A program made the position numbers and the translations under genes. The notes beneath the pieces were generated by a model. It searched no databases. It worked only from the letters and a program-made list of their open reading frames with translations, and had not been told where the DNA came from. Shown piece after piece: positions 14,058 through 28,314 of a stretch of 64,000 nt of DNA; within the stretch, counting starts at the first letter, position 1, and every line of letters begins with the position of its first letter. Source of the DNA: Mobula hypostoma (lineage: Eukaryota); the NCBI RefSeq assembly GCF_963921235.1, contig NC_086097.1, forward strand, positions 190,838,001 through 190,902,000. The letters are read 5' to 3'.

Positions 14058-16378
14058 AGGGAGCTTAAGATAAAAGAACCATTAGGAACCAGTGATCACA
14101 ATATGATTGTGTTCAATTTGAAATTTGATAGGGAGAAAGTAAAGTCTGATGTAGCAGCATTTCAGTAGAGTAAGGGAAATTACAGTGGTATGAGAGAGGA
14201 ATTGGCCAAACTAATTGGAAGGGATGTTAGCAGAGCAGCAATGGCGTGCATTTCTGGGGAAAATGAGGAAGGTGCAGGACATGTGTATTCTAAAAATGAA
14301 GAAATACTCAAATATTGCTATGATGATTGTACGTTCTATTATCAATTGTTTGGTGACAATAAAGTATAAAGCACAAAGTAGAAGTATAAATAGTAAAATA
14401 GTACAACCATGGCTGACAAGGGAAGTCAAAGCTATTGTAAAAGCAAAAGAAAGGGCATACAACAAAGCAAAAATTAGTGGGAAAATACAGGATAACAGAG
14501 CAACTAACAAATCATTAGAAGGGAAAAGATGAAATATGAAAGCAAGCTAGCAAACAATAACAAAGTGGATAGTAAAAGTTTTTTCAAGTATGTTAAAAAT
14601 AAAAGAAATGAGAGTGGATATAGGACTACTAGAAAATAAAGCAGGAGAAATAATAATGGGGTCAAGGAGATGGCTAATGAAGTAAATGAGTATTTTGCAT
14701 CAGTTTTCACTGTGGAAGACTCTAGCAGTATGCCTCATGTTGTAATGTGTGAAAGAGAGAAGAGGGTGCAGTTACTATTACAAGAGAGAAGGTGCTCAAA
14801 AGCTGTTAGACCTAAAGGTACCTAAGTCACCCAGACTAGATGAACTGCACCCTAGGATTCTGAAAGAGGTAGCAGTAAAGATTGCGGTGGCATTAGAAAG
14901 GATCTTTCAAAAATCATTGGACTCTGCCATGGTACCAGAGGACTGGAAAATTGCAAACATAACTCCACTCTTTAAGAAAGGAGGAAGGCAGCAGAAAGGA
15001 AATTATAGACCAACTAGCCTGACCCCAGTTGTTGGGAAGATGTTAGAGTTGATTGTAAAGGATGAGGTGATGGAGTACTTGGTGACACAGGACAAGATAG
15101 TACAAAGTTAGCATGGTTTCCTCCAGGGAAAATCCAGTCTGATGAACCTGTTGTAATTCTTAAAGTAGTTTACAAGTAGGATAGATAAAGGGGATGTAGT
15201 GGACATTGTATATTTGGACTTTCAGAAGGCCTTTGACGAGGTGTCACACGAGGCTGCTTACCAAGTTAAGAGCTCATGGTATGACAGGAAAGTTACTAAC
15301 ACAGAACATTGGCTGATTGGTCGGAAGCAGCAAGTGGGAATAAAAGGATCCTTTTCTGGTTGGCTGCCAGTGACAAGTGGTGTTCCGCAGGAGTTGGTGT
15401 TAGGACCACTTCTTTTTATTCTCTATATAAATAATTAAGATGATAGAATAGATGGCTTTGTTGCCAAGTTTGCAGATGATACAGAGATTGCTGGAGGGGC
15501 AGGTAGTGTTGAGGAAACAGATAGGATACAAAAGGACTTATGGAAAAGAAAGTGGCAAATGAAATACGATGTTGGAAAATGCATGGTCATGCACTTTGGT
15601 AGAGGAAATAAATGTGCAGACTATTTTCTAAACAGGGAGAAAATCCAGGAATTTGAGAAGCAGAGGGACTTGGGAGTCATTGTGCAGAACACCCTGAAGG
15701 TTAACTTGCTGGCTGAGTCAGTGGTGAGTTAAGCAAATGCTATGTTAGCATTCATTTCAAGAGGTCTAGAATGCAAGAGCAAAGATGTGATGCCAAGGTT
15801 TTATAAGGCACTGGTGAGGTGTCATCTTGAGTGAACAGTTTTGGCCCTTCATCTCAGAAAAGATGTGCTGGCTGTTGAGAGGATCCAGAGAAGTTTCACA
15901 AAGATGATTCCAGGAATGAAGGGTTATCATACGATGGCTCTGGGTCTGTACTTGCTGGAATTCAGAAGAATGATGGGGGGGGGGAGATCTCATTGAAACC
16001 TTTCGAACGTTGAAAGGCCTTGAAAGAGTAGATATAGAAAGGATGTTTCCCATGGTAGAAGAGTTGAGAACAAGAGAGCACAGCCTCAGGCTTTTGAGTG
16101 GTGCCCTTTCAAAACAGAGAGGTGGAGAAATTCCTTTAGTCAAAGGGTGGTGAATTTATGGATTTTGTCGCCATATGCAGCTGTGGAGGCCAGAACATTG
16201 GGTGTATTTAAGGCAGAGATTGATAAGTTCTGATTGGTTATGGCATCAAAGGTTACACGGAGAAGGACGGGAACTGGGGTTGAGGAAGAGATAGAAAAAA
16301 GGATCAAATGGATTGACTGGTGTAGCAGACTCGATTTGCCAGATTGTCTAATTCTGCTCCTATATCTTATGGTCTTAT
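14058..16378 (+). mobile_element. CR1 LINE ORF2 pseudogene inserted in the SINE
   Basis: PRILKE, VPEDWKIANITPLFKKG, NYRP.SLT, YLDFQKAFD, SGVPQ..VLGPLLF and KFADD motifs with many stops and frameshifts; tail tcttatggtctt. Confidence 0.95.
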
Positions 16379-16529
16379 TTTACTGCATGTTTTGATGTAT
16401 ATGTGGCAAATGAAGATAATCTTCATCTTCATCTTTAATTGCAACACTAACACATTTGGTCTCACTCTATTAGAGATTTTCCTTTTATTCTATCCATTAC
16501 TTTTTTGACCCTGAAAACTTTCTTCTTCT

Positions 16530-16660
16530 CTTCTTCACTCCTGAACAGCCGTAGAAATGAAACCTTAACTGTTTCTCTTTCCACAGATTCTGCTTGATTG
16601 CTGAGTATTTTCAACATTTTCTTCTTTTATTTCAGATTTCCAGCATCTGAAGTTTTTTCA
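16530..16660 (+). mobile_element. Penelope-like 3' terminus, degenerate
   Basis: gaaaccttaactgtttctctttccacagattctgc...ttcagatttccagcatctg matches the end of the element at 32540-32640. Confidence 0.7.
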
Positions 16661-17468
16661 TCTATTTTTATTTACCACTAAGAGGAATAACACAGAAGCC
16701 ATGAAAATAAAAGTTTATATACTCATATCCTCATGCTAAGATATCAATTCAGTCAGCCATGTTTCGAAACAGAAAATTAAACTGCATTAAGGGTTTTCAA
16801 GATTTGACTTGCCCTTACAGACAAGTTATCAGCCACTTTCTGTGAGAGACAAAAAAGTTTAACAGTGGCTGTTGCATAATGTACTTCAGAGATAATTCTC
16901 TTTGGAGAGCAACAATACATGTAATAGTCTATATGTGTGAGACTTGCACGTGTGTCCCTAATTTCCCATTTATTGCAATCCTTAAATTATCATTATTGTC
17001 TTTTGGCTCATTGTTGAACTCCATTCAAAGTGATTCTTCTCTTGCCTTTGAGCTTCAGTTGGCAGAAGGCCTGAATTACTGCAGCCTTAAAACTTAATAT
17101 CTATTGTTGAGTGGGTCTCTGTTTCATGAGGGGAAGGTTTGTTGGCTAGTTAACACAGCCAATCAGAGAATGCACTATTTTGAGAGTTTTCGACTGGCAG
17201 TGGATTAAAAGAAGATTAGAAGGCATAAGGGCACTTCTGCCTGAAAGGTTTGCCTGAAAGTTAATTCATTTGGGTATATTGGTATGCAGACTTTCATCTG
17301 CATATCACCTGATTTTCAAGTGAGAGCCAGACAACCAAAAGTTGAGAATTTTTTTTCAGGAACTGCTTAATCAATTTCCAGTGTAGCTTTTTTTATTTTG
17401 AGGCTGAAGAGAAGGCAGAAATGCTGAACAAAATTTTCACAATGATATCATGCACACATGATATGTTT

Positions 17469-17785
17469 GGTGTTGACGTGTGGCCAAGTGGTTAAGGTGT
17501 CAAGGTGTCAGTCTAGTGATCTGAAGGTCGCTAGTTTGAGCCTCAGCTGAGGCAGCGTGTTGTGTCCTTGAGCAAGGCACTTAACCACACATTGCTCTGC
17601 GACGAAACCGGTACCAAGCTGTATCGGCCCTAGTACCCTTCCCTTGGACAACATCGGTGGCGTGAAGAGGGGAAACTTGCAGCATGAGCAACTGCTGGTC
17701 TTCCATACAACCTTGTCCAGGCCTACACCCTGGAAACCTTCCAAGGCACAAATCACGAGACTAACAGATGCCTATTATTACTATT
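17469..17785 (+). mobile_element. tRNA-derived CORE-type SINE, full length
   Basis: A-box tggccaagtgg, B-box-like agtttgagcc, CORE-like gtgtccttgagcaaggcacttaac, (TAT)n tail, 8-bp TSD ATATGTTT (17461-17468 and 17786-17793). Confidence 0.85.
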
Positions 17786-18439
17786 ATATGTTTTGACACA
17801 ATTGAACAATACAGTGTGTTTTTAAAACAAGCTAATTGTTTAACCCAGGTTAATTATTTAACCTTTTTGTGAAAAAGGTTAATCTTTTGAGGTGCTGTGT
17901 GGTGTGTCTTTCTCAGTTAGTTGCAACTGTGAGATATAGATCATTTTCTGTGAAGAATATTTTATATGTATCCCCCTGCAGTGTTTCCAAATGGATTGAG
18001 ACAATTGCAAAGATATTCAACAGGATATTTTGTTTTTATAACTGGAACATATGATACTGGCTAAGTATTGAAATTAATGTAGGTGGAATCTGGAAATGCA
18101 TTTGTACAGTGTGATATTTCTCTATAGAATAAGAACTTGATTTAAAAAGCTAATTGCCAAACTTGATGGGGCCCTTCGTGTATTAGTTGTGCACTTTTGT
18201 AAACTTGATCTCTTACTTATGAAGTTATTGGGCTGGAGTTCAGTGAGCATGCACATTTCAATTTCAATTTTCTTTCACACGACTGAGGTCCAGGTAAGAG
18301 CTACCCATTTATACCATTAAAGCCATTATGGGAATCATATACAAGACCTCCAAATAGTAGCCAAGTGGGGTTCAGATTGCAAAGGGAGCTGGAAAAGGCA
18401 GGTAGTAAGGGAAATGACACAATTGTAAAGCGGGGGGGG

Positions 18440-20516
18440 CAGGTGGACTTCAATAAGCAAGGGGATCGGGAAAATTAGGTTGGTGTCAGATTGCAAGAGG
18501 GGGATTTGCTGAATGCCTACAAGATGGCTTTTTAGAGCAGTTTGTGCTTGAGCTTATTAAGGGAAAGACTCTCTTAGATTGAGTGTTGTGTAATAACCCA
18601 GATTTTATTAGGGATCTTAATGTAAAGGAACCCTTAGGAGGCAGTGATCATAATATGATTGAAATCATACTGCAGTTTGAGAGGGAGAAGCACAAGTGAC
18701 ATGTATCTGTATCGCAAAGGAATAAAGGAAATTCCAGAGGCATGTGAGAGGAGCTTGTTCAGGTGGATTGCAGGAGGATACTGCCAGTGATGATGAGAAA
18801 GCAGAGATAGTTGAAGTTTCTGGGATAGTTCTTAAGGCACTGGACAAATATGTCCCACAGAAGTAGTAGTTCTCAAATGACAGGGGTAGGCAACAGTGGC
18901 TGACAAGGGAAGTTGAGGACTGCATAAAAGCCAAGGGAAGGGCATATAATGCAGCAAAAGTGATTGGGAAATGTTTAACATCTAACAAAATGCAACCTAA
19001 AAGGCAAAAATAAGGGAAAAATTAAGTATAAGGGTAAATTAGCCAATGATATAAAGCAGGATACCAAAAGGTTTTCTCAGTTATATAACGAGTAAAAGGG
19101 AGGTGAGAATTGATATTGGAGGAGTAATGGGGGACAAAGAATTGGCAGATGAACTTAATTGTTACTTTGCATCAGTCTTCACTGTGGAAGACACCAGTAG
19201 TGGGCCAGAGGTCCGTGAGTGACAGGGAGCAGGAGTGGGTGCCATTGGAAAAAGTACTAGGCAAATGGAAACTTTTTGGATAAGTCACCTGGACCAGATG
19301 GACTATATCCGAAAGTCCTGAGAGAGGTTGCCGAAGAGATAATGGATGTGTTGTCATGATTTTTAAAGAATCGCTTGATTCTGGCATGGTCTTGGAGGAT
19401 TAGAAGATTGCAAATATCACTCCACTCTTTAAAAAGGGAGGAAGACAAAAGAAAATAAATTATAGACCAGTTAGCCTGACCTTAGTGGTTGGGAAAGTGT
19501 TGGAGTCTATTATGAAGGATGATATTTCAGGGTACTTGGAGCCTACTGATAAAATAAGTCAAAGTCAGCATGGTTTCTGTAAAGGCAAATCTTGCCTGAC
19601 AAATCTGTTAGATTTCTTCGAGGAAGTACCAAGCAGGGTGGACAAAGGAGAGGCGGTGGGTGTTATTTATTTGGATTTTCAGAAGGCATTTGATAAGGTG
19701 CCACACATGAGGCTACTTAACAAGATAAAATCCTATGTTACAGGAAAGATTCAGGCATAGATAGAGGCATGGCAGACAGGTAGGAGGCAGTGAGAGGGGT
19801 TAGAGGGTCCTTTTCTGTTTGGCTGCCAGTGAATAGCGGTGTTCCTCAAGGGTCAGTATTGGGACAGCTACTTTTCGCATTGTTTGCCAATGATTTAGGT
19901 AATGGAATTGATGGCTTTGTGCCAAAGGTTGCAGATGATATGAAGACAGGTGGAGGGATGGGTAGTGCCGAGGAAGCAATGCAAATGCAGCAGGACTTAG
20001 ACAAATTAGAAGAATGGGCGAAACAGTGGCAGATAGAATACAGTGTTGGGAAATGTATGATAATGCATTTTGCTAAAAGGAACAATAGTGCCGACGATTG
20101 TCTAAATGGGAAGAAGTTTCAAACATCAGAGGTGCAGAGGGACTTAGGAGTCCTTGTGCAAGACTCCCAGAAGGATAATTTACATGTTGAGTCTGTGGTA
20201 AAGAAGGGAAATGCAATGTTGGCATTTATTTCAAGGGGAATAGAACATAAAAGCAACGAGACAATGCTAAGGATTTATAAAACACTAGTCAGGCCACACT
20301 CAGAGTATTGACAATAGTTCTGGGCCCCATATCTCAGAAGGGATTTATTGTCATTGGAAGGAGTGCAGAGGAACTTCACGTGGATAGTTCCAGGGATGAA
20401 GGGGTTAACATATGAGAAGGCAACTGTATCAGGTTGAGTGGGATCTGGGATCAGCCATGATGGAATGGCAGAGCAGATCAATGGGCAGAACTGCCCAATT
20501 CTGCTCCTATGTCTTA
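18440..20516 (+). mobile_element. CR1 LINE ORF2 pseudogene with internal deletions
   Basis: SQHGFCKGKSCLTNL, YLDFQKAFDKVPH, SGVPQGSVLG, ADD and RDLGV motifs; jumps to the tail near 20420. Confidence 0.95.
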
Positions 20517-21199
20517 ACTTTTTATTGAAACTAAAGGCTAGTTTTAACTAGAAGTTTAGCACTTACTTATTTCGGCATTAATTAAAAGGGACTGTATTCC
20601 TTGGTCAGCAGCCCTAGAATTCATGACATTGATCTTCTGACAGGTGCTCTTTAAATATCAGCTACTCCAGTCATTACACTGATGATGCTTGGAAAGTAGG
20701 TTGCAAATATGAATGTAATCCCCAACACAATCACTCACATCCAAACCCTCCACCATCGCCCAAGTGCCTTCTTGACTAAATATTCATCAATCTAGCACTT
20801 GCCTATCATTCACCTACCAATATCTTCTATGAATGAGGGTCTATGCCGAGCATTCATAGATTCAGATCACCCTCACAGGTACTTAGGTTATAATCCCACA
20901 GTTTGCACACACATTATGAATTTGTATGTGTACATTTTTCAGACACGTTATCTTTATGGCTTCTGATTAACCCTTCTCTTTAACTTCATCAACTTATGCC
21001 TTTGAATAGTATGGGAATTTGTTATTTCTTGACCTCTGAATGTCCAAACCTATGTGCCCACTGTGAGAGGTGGAAACGGGTAAGGCTGGCCAACAAGGCT
21101 CTGGTGAAGTTGTATAGGCTCATTCCCTGTATAATGGATACAATAGATTGCTGAAATATTGATGAATTCCAACCATACCTTTGACTTTGTGAGAAGAGG

Positions 21200-23545
21200 C
21201 TCATCATTGAGTAAGAACTTTACATAGAACAGGGAATGTTACCAGGACCCTGCACAGTTGACAAGTCTTTTGCGCTAAAGTCCATATCTACCTTGGGAAT
21301 CTGGAATGTGAGAACCTTGTGCCATGCAGGAAAATCCACCATCATGGCAAATGAGATGAAAAGGTACAAACTGTCAATTCTTGGACGGTGTGAGACAAGA
21401 TGGATGTTACCTGGAGAGACTTAACATCTACTCAGGCCATCAGACTGAAGATGCACCATATACAGAGGATGTAGTCTTCATGATGACATCACTATGATCG
21501 CATGGGAAGCCATCAGTCCCAGAATCGTCACTGCTAGCTTTAAAACCAAGTACAAGAAGATAACAGCTCAACTTATCCAATGCTATGCACCAACGAACAA
21601 CACAAATGAAGACGACAAAGACGAGTTCTACAATACACTCAGTGGAGTCATCAGCAGAGGGAAGGAAAAAGACCTGACCATTGTCATGAGAGAAACAGGC
21701 AGGGAAAATGTAGGATGTGAACAGGTGATGGGGAAACACGGTCTTGAATAAATGAACAAAAATAGGGAATGATTTACTACAACGTGCTAAATTCAAGCTA
21801 GTTATTGGAGGAAGCTTAGTCCCACACTAGCAAATACACAAGGCAACATGGGCGTCACCAAACAAGGGAACTGTGAAACGTGTAAATGCAGGATCATAAC
21901 ATCATTTTCTGATTGCCAAAGTTTACAAAAGCTGAGCACCACCTGATCGGTGACTGAAGTACAATGTCAGTTACCTGAAAGACAAAGAAACAGCTCAGAT
22001 TTGCCCTCGCACTTTCCATCTGGTTCCAGGCATTTGAGGATGTTGATATCGAAGATGAATGGACTGCTGTCAAAGAGGCAATAAATGAAACTTGTGAGTA
22101 AGTGCTGGGAAAAAGGACATTTGATCATAAAGAGTGAATTACACCAGGAATGATGGAAATAATCTCAAGAGGAGAAAACTAAAAGAAAAATGTAATAGAA
22201 GCAGGACTAGGAACAAGAAAGCAGAGGCATAGAGGGAATATGACAGAGTGCATAAGGATGTATGGGGAAACATCAAGAGGGACAGAAGAGAATAAATCAA
22301 CACCCTCAGCAAATAGGAATATAAAATTACATGATACTACCAAGAAAGTAGCTGGCAAATTCAACAAATAACACTCTAGTGAAGGATAAAGATGGAAATA
22401 TCCTGACTAAAGACTAACAGCTCCGATGTTGGGCAGAGTACTTCAAAGGGCTTCTGAACAGATCACCTCCTACGGGATCTCCTTTAGTTCTAGAAGCACC
22501 ACCAGACTTGGATGTCAACAGTCTCAAGCCAAAGAGGCTAATGTCAGGAAAAGCAGCTGGTACAGATAGTGTACTACCAATGGTGTTGAAGGCAGACCCT
22601 GAACCTCCAGCAGATATCCTATACACTTTGTTCGGCAACATCTGGGATGAAGAGGAGATACCACAAAAGTGGAGGGAAAGTCACATAATCAAACATCCTA
22701 AGAAAGGTGACCTAAGAGACTGCAAAAACTATAGAGGTATATTCTTAATGTCTGTGGCTGAAAAGGAGCTAAACAGAATTATTCAGCAATGCCTTCAATA
22801 AGCTACTGACACAACACAAAAGGACCAGTAAGCAGCATTTGGAAAGATCACTTCTGCACAGACCAGGTCTTAATAATCAGAACAGTCATTCAATGGAATA
22901 CAACATCAACATCAACTATGAGAAAGCCTTCAATAGCTTAGACAGAAACACCTTATGGAAACTTATGAAACATTAAAGTATACCACAGGAATTTATCATG
23001 AACTCCTACAACAACATGTCATGCAAAGTCATACATGGGGGAAAACTGTCAGAGTTTCAATGGCAATACTGCGGTGAGGCAGGGATGTTTGATGGCTCCT
23101 TTCCTGTTCCTGTTGACATAGACTGGATTATGAAAAAGACAAGTGAAAAACAAAATGGGATCCGATGGACTATGTGGTGGCAACCTGATGACCTAGAGTT
23201 TATAGATGACATCACCCTACAGTCAAGCTCTAAGCAACAGATTCAAGAGAAATCAACACTCTTGACCACTAACTCCACCATGCTGGGTTTAAGACAAAAT
23301 AAATATAAAACAAAAGTAAAGAAGATAAACTGCAGCAACAATAGACCCATAGCAATGAAAGATACAACCCTGGAAGAAGTGACAACCTTTGTTTATCTTG
23401 GAAGCACTGTGAGTATACATGGTGGAATGGATGAGGGTGTCAAAGCCAGCATCAACAAGGCCAGAGTGGTTTTCAACATCTTGAAGAAAGTGTGGACTTC
23501 CAGAGTCATAGCAAGGAAAATCAAAATCAGAATCTTCAACTCAGA
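21200..23545 (+). mobile_element. RTE-clade LINE, 5' and central part (APE endonuclease + RT), pseudogene
   Basis: GIWNVRT, ILG.CETRW and IQCYAPTN (APE); PKKGDLRDCKNYRGI, DLEFIDDI, FVYLGS and KIRIFNSDV (RT). Continues at 35241. Confidence 0.9.
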
Positions 23546-23760
23546 TGTTCTTCACCCAGCCTTGTATAGCTGGATCCTGGACTTTGTCAGATCTCCAGCA
23601 GATGGTAAGAATGGGCTCCCTCACCTCTGCCCCTCTACACAGGTGCCCCTCAAGGCTGTGTACTAAGATCCATCCTCTACCCTTTGTATACCCATAACTG
23701 TCGCCAGCCAAATTTCCAATCTGCTAATTAAATTTGCTGACAACACTAGTCTCAAATAAT
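23546..23760 (+). mobile_element. Rex1/Babar LINE, (CAATT)n-tail family, 5' piece; continues at 34484-35240
   Basis: [14 protein letters not shown] and IKFAD motifs; joins 34484 (NNETAYREEV) across a probable AATAAT duplication; homologous to the - copy at 62525-63340. Confidence 0.85.
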
Positions 23761-24406
23761 AATCAGAATCAGAAGTTTATTTTCACTGGCATGTGATGTG
23801 AAATTTGTTAACTTAGTAGCAGCAGTTCAATGCAATACCTAATATAAAAGAGAAAAAAATTATAATAAGTAAATCAATTACAGTACACATATTCAATAGA
23901 TTAAAAACATGCAAAAAACAGAAATACTGCATATTTAAAAAGAGTGAGGTAGTGTCCATTTAAAAATCAGATGGAAGATGGGAAGAAGCTGTTCCTGAAT
24001 CTCAGAGTGTGCCTTCAGGCTTCTGCACTTCCAGCCTGATGGTAACAGTGAGAAAAGTGCATGCCCTGGGTGCTGGAGGTCCTTAATAATAGACACTGCC
24101 TTTCTGAGTCACCGCTCCTTAAAGATGTCCTGAGTACTTTGTAGGCTAGTACCCAAGACAAAGCTAACTAAATTTACAACCTTCTGCAGCTTCTTACAGT
24201 CCTGTGCAGTAGCCCCTCCATACCAGACAGTGATGCAGCCTGTCAGAATGTTCTCCACAGTACAACTATATAAACTAAGTTTTTGAATATATTTGTTGAC
24301 ATGCCAAATCTCTTCAAACTTCTAATAAAGTATAGTCACTGTCTTGCCTTCTTTATAACCACATCAATATGTTAGGACCAGGTTAGATCCTCAGAGATCT
24401 TGACAG

Positions 24407-24928
24407 TGTCAGGTTCTGTCAGGTTACAGCAGGACTCAAGTGAAGACCAACAAATACTTTTTCCACCAGGGTTTATGAGGGAGCACAAAGGTCTTTCAAA
24501 AAAAGGCAGGCAGGTATGAATCCGAAATGGCAGGCTGAGGTCTTACCAGGAAAGGCAGTCAGGTGAGGGCAGACAATCCAGAGCACACAGGCAAAAATCA
24601 GGTCCAGGAACAGACAAAATCCAAAACCCAAAATCAGTTGGCAGAAGTTGCAATAACAGGCTAGAACAACACAGGTCAGAATCTGGGACAAACTGGCAGA
24701 GAATGCTAGTCAAAGCAGGGTTTAAATTGACAGAGTAATGGGTGAAAATTAGGAACAGGTGGGTGCAAATGAGGAGACAAGCAGGTAATTGGAGGAAGTC
24801 CAAAAAGGGAAAGGGGCTGGGCCAGAACCCACATGGCCAGGTGAAAGAAAACAGAAGTTAAAGACTGCTGTGATCCAGAGCTACCAGCAGAGGCCCTTCG
24901 ACCCAGTGTTCGGGCCGGATCCTTAACA
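24407..24928 (-). repeat. 3' LTR of the Gypsy element
   Basis: tgtcaggttctgtc...ggatccttaaca; direct repeat of 29256-29767; adjacent G-rich tract on the - strand at 24929-24954. Confidence 0.95.
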
Positions 24929-24949
24929 GTACCACACCCACCACCCCCC

Positions 24950-27900
24950 ACGGGCATCTCCAGATGCCCTTCTTGCTTGTAGGGGATGGCTCCTATGAAA
25001 GTCCTTAATGAGAGAGGGATCCAGGATATCTCGAGCGGGAATCCAACACCTCTCTTCGGGGCCATCGCCCTCCCAATCAACAAGGTATTGCAGTCCACGA
25101 CCTCTGCGTCGAATATCGAGTAATCAGCGCACAGTGAAGGTCTCTGAGCCATCGATGAGATGGGGAGGGGGCTTGGGTGTGGGACCAAGGGGGCTGCAGA
25201 CAAAGGGCTTAATCGTTGAAACATGGAATGTAGGATGGATTCTGCGAAGGTTAGTGGGTAGTTTTAGACATACCTCCGAAGGGCTGATCACCTTGGTGAT
25301 GGGGAAAGGTCCAATGTAGCATGACGCCAGCTTGCGGGAGTCCACCTTCAAGGGGATGTCACGCAAAGATAACCACATTTTCTGACCCTGGCGGTAACGG
25401 GGGGCCTCGATGCGGTGATGGTCTGCTGGCTGTTTCATTCTGGCTGTAGATTGAAGCAGCGCCTTTCAGGCTCGTCTCCAGGTCCGTGAACACCTCTGGA
25501 CAAACGCTTCGGCTGAGGGAACCCCCACTTCCTCCTCCTGAGCAGCGGATAAGGGAGGTTGATAGCCAAGACAGTACTGGAATGGTGATAAACCTGATGA
25601 AGTAGAAGACAAAGAATTAATGGCGTACTCGACCCAGGGAAGTTGCTGACTCCAAGAGGAAGATTCCTGAGACGTCACACAACAGAGCATCACCTCCATC
25701 TGCTGATTAGCCCACTCGGTCTGGCCATTGCTCTGTGGATGAAACCCAGATGAGAGGTTAATCCTGATCCCGAGTAGTTTGCAAAAAGCCCTCCAAAAGT
25801 GGGAGGTAAATTGCGAACCTCTATCAGATACCACTTCAACAGGGAGACCATGAATACGGAAAACATGCTGAATCACCAGGTTGGCAGTCTCCTTGGCAGA
25901 GGGCAGCTTGGGAAGGGGAACTAAGTGGACCAATTTGGAAAAACGATCCACTACGGTAAGAACGGTAGTGTTACCGTCGGACGGAGGGAGTCCGGTGACA
26001 AAGTCCAGTGCAATGTGCGACCATGGCCTTCTAGGAACAGGCAGGGGTTACAGGAGACCAGTTGGTGGCTGGCTGGAGGTCTTGTTCTGTGCACAGACTG
26101 GACAGGCAGAATGAAGCTCTCAACATCCTTCCTCAGGGATGGCCACCAAAATCTTTGACTGATGAAAGCCGTCATGCGTCTGATACCAGGGTGACATGCC
26201 AGTCTGAAGGTGTGTCCCCACTGGAGAATCTGGGAGCGGACAGACTGGGGAACATACAATAGATTAGCAGGGAAGGCACTAGGAACAGACTCACCCTGCT
26301 GGGCAGACTGGACCACAGATTCAATCTCCTACTGTGTTGCGGCGACCAGACATTGCTTGGGGAGAATGGTCATAACCTCGGGTGCCTCGCCGGTTGTTGG
26401 AAACTGCCTGGAGAGCGCGTCAGGCTTGCCGTTCTTAGAGCCAGGATGGTAGGCCAGGGTGAATCTAAAATGGGCAAAAAACAGAGACCACCAAGCCTGG
26501 CGGGAGTTGAGGCGTTTGGCTGAATGGATATATTCCAGGTTCTTGTGATCCGTCCAGACTAGAAAGGGAGTAGTCGTTCCCTCAAGCCAATGCCGCCATT
26601 CCTCAAGAGCAAGTTTAACAGCCAATAACTCTCAATTTCCAATGTTATAGTTGCGTTCTGCAGGCGAAAATTTGTGGGAAAAAAGGCGCACGGGTGTAGC
26701 TTGTCATCCTCTGCTGAACATTGTGACACTGAACTCTACTCCTACATCAGAGGTGTCAGTCTTTACAATAAACTGCCTTGTAGGATCGGGTTGAAGGAGG
26801 ATAGGTGCCGTGGTGAAACGAGTCCTTAGTTCAGAAAAGGCTTTCTCAGCCGCTGGATTCCAGCCGAACTTCGATTTGGAGGAGGTTAGAGCAGTCAGCG
26901 GGGCAGCCAGGATGCTGAAATTTCGAATGAATCAGCGATAGAAGTTGACAAACCCAAGAAAGCATTGGACATCTCGTCGAGAGGCGGGTTGTGGCCACTC
27001 CTCTACCGCCTTGATCTTCTGAGGGTCCTTCTGGATTCCTCCAGCACTGATCACATATCCCAGAAACAAAGTTGAACCCTGGTGAAATTCATACTTCTCC
27101 ACCTTTACAAATAACTGATTTTCCAGGAGTCGTTGGAGCACCCGACGGACATGCTGGATGTGTTCAGAGAGAGACCTAGAAAATATCAGAATGTCGTCCA
27201 AGTACAGAAATACAAATTGATTCAACATGTCTCTGAGGGTGTCATTCACCAGGGACTGGAACACAGCAGGACCATTAGTAAGTCCGAAAGGCATTACCAG
27301 ATATTCGTAGTGCCCAGATGGCGTATTGAACGCGGTCTTCCGCTCATCCCCCTCTCTTATGCGGACCAGATGGTAAGCGTTGCGGAGGTCGAGCTTGGAG
27401 AAGATAGAAGCACCCTGGAGCAATTCAAATGCAAATAAGAGGAAGAGGATAACGGTTCTTAATGGTGGCCTCATTGAGACCTCTATAGTCCACGCAAGGA
27501 CGCAGGGACCCGTCCTTCCTGGCCACAAAGAAGAACCCTGTGCCTGCTGGGGAGGAAGAGGGACAGATAATTCCTGCAGCCAGGGCCTCCTGGATATACC
27601 CGTCCATCGCTTCCCTTTTGGGTGGAGACAGGGAATACAGATGGCCCCTAGGTGGCGCGGTTCCCAGAAGGAGATCTATAGCGCAGTCATAGGGGTGATG
27701 TGGGGGTAGTGTGGTGGCCGGAGTCTTGCTGAATACCAGCTGAGGTCCAGATATTCAGGGGGTACAGAGGACAGATCGGGAAATTCTTCTGTAGGCTGAG
27801 GAACCGGACTTTAAGTCGCATGAGCAACCCGCAGACAATGATTTAGGCAGAAAGGACTCCAGCTTAACACTCTGTTATTAGACCAATCAATGTGTGGACC

Positions 27901-28314
27901 ATGCTGAGCTAGCCATGGGTGGCCTAACACAACTTCAGCTTTGGGGGAATCTATTACATGGAAAACAATGCTCTCCTGGTGATTGCCAGAAATGAGGAGA
28001 CTCACTGGAGCTGTAGAGTGGATAACCATGGCAAGTTTCACTCCGGTTAAGCCGCTGACCTCCAGGGGTTGCTTCAGACGGGAGTGTGGCATCCCGAGAT
28101 TGGCCGCAAAGCTGGAACTGATAAAGTTTCCCTCAGCGCCAGAGTCGATAAAAACTGAAACAGTACGTCTCCTCCCTTCAGCCAGTATAAAAGCAGGTAG
28201 CAGGGTTCGAGTGACAGGGAACCGGGGAAAGAAATACTGCTCGCCCGTAGTCCCCTCTTTTCGAGCGAGCTTTTTACGGGACAGGTAGATAGATAGTGAC
28301 CAGCCTGACCACAA
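24950..28314 (-). pseudogene. pol: pol polyprotein (protease, RT, RNase H, integrase, chromodomain), frameshifted
   Basis: FIDSGA (protease); [30 protein letters not shown] and YLDD (RT); WTDHKNL (RNase H); [19 protein letters not shown] and YIGPF (integrase); [18 protein letters not shown] (chromodomain). Confidence 0.95.

Noticed and set aside
22998..23666. 222-aa ORF as a novel RT fusion protein
   Set aside because: Chance read-through from the dead RTE into the inserted Rex fragment; upstream RTE frames are broken.
27133..28288. Plus-strand ORFs antisense to pol
   Set aside because: Antisense shadows of coding sequence with no recognisable motifs; the same applies to antisense ORFs over the Rex and CR1 copies.
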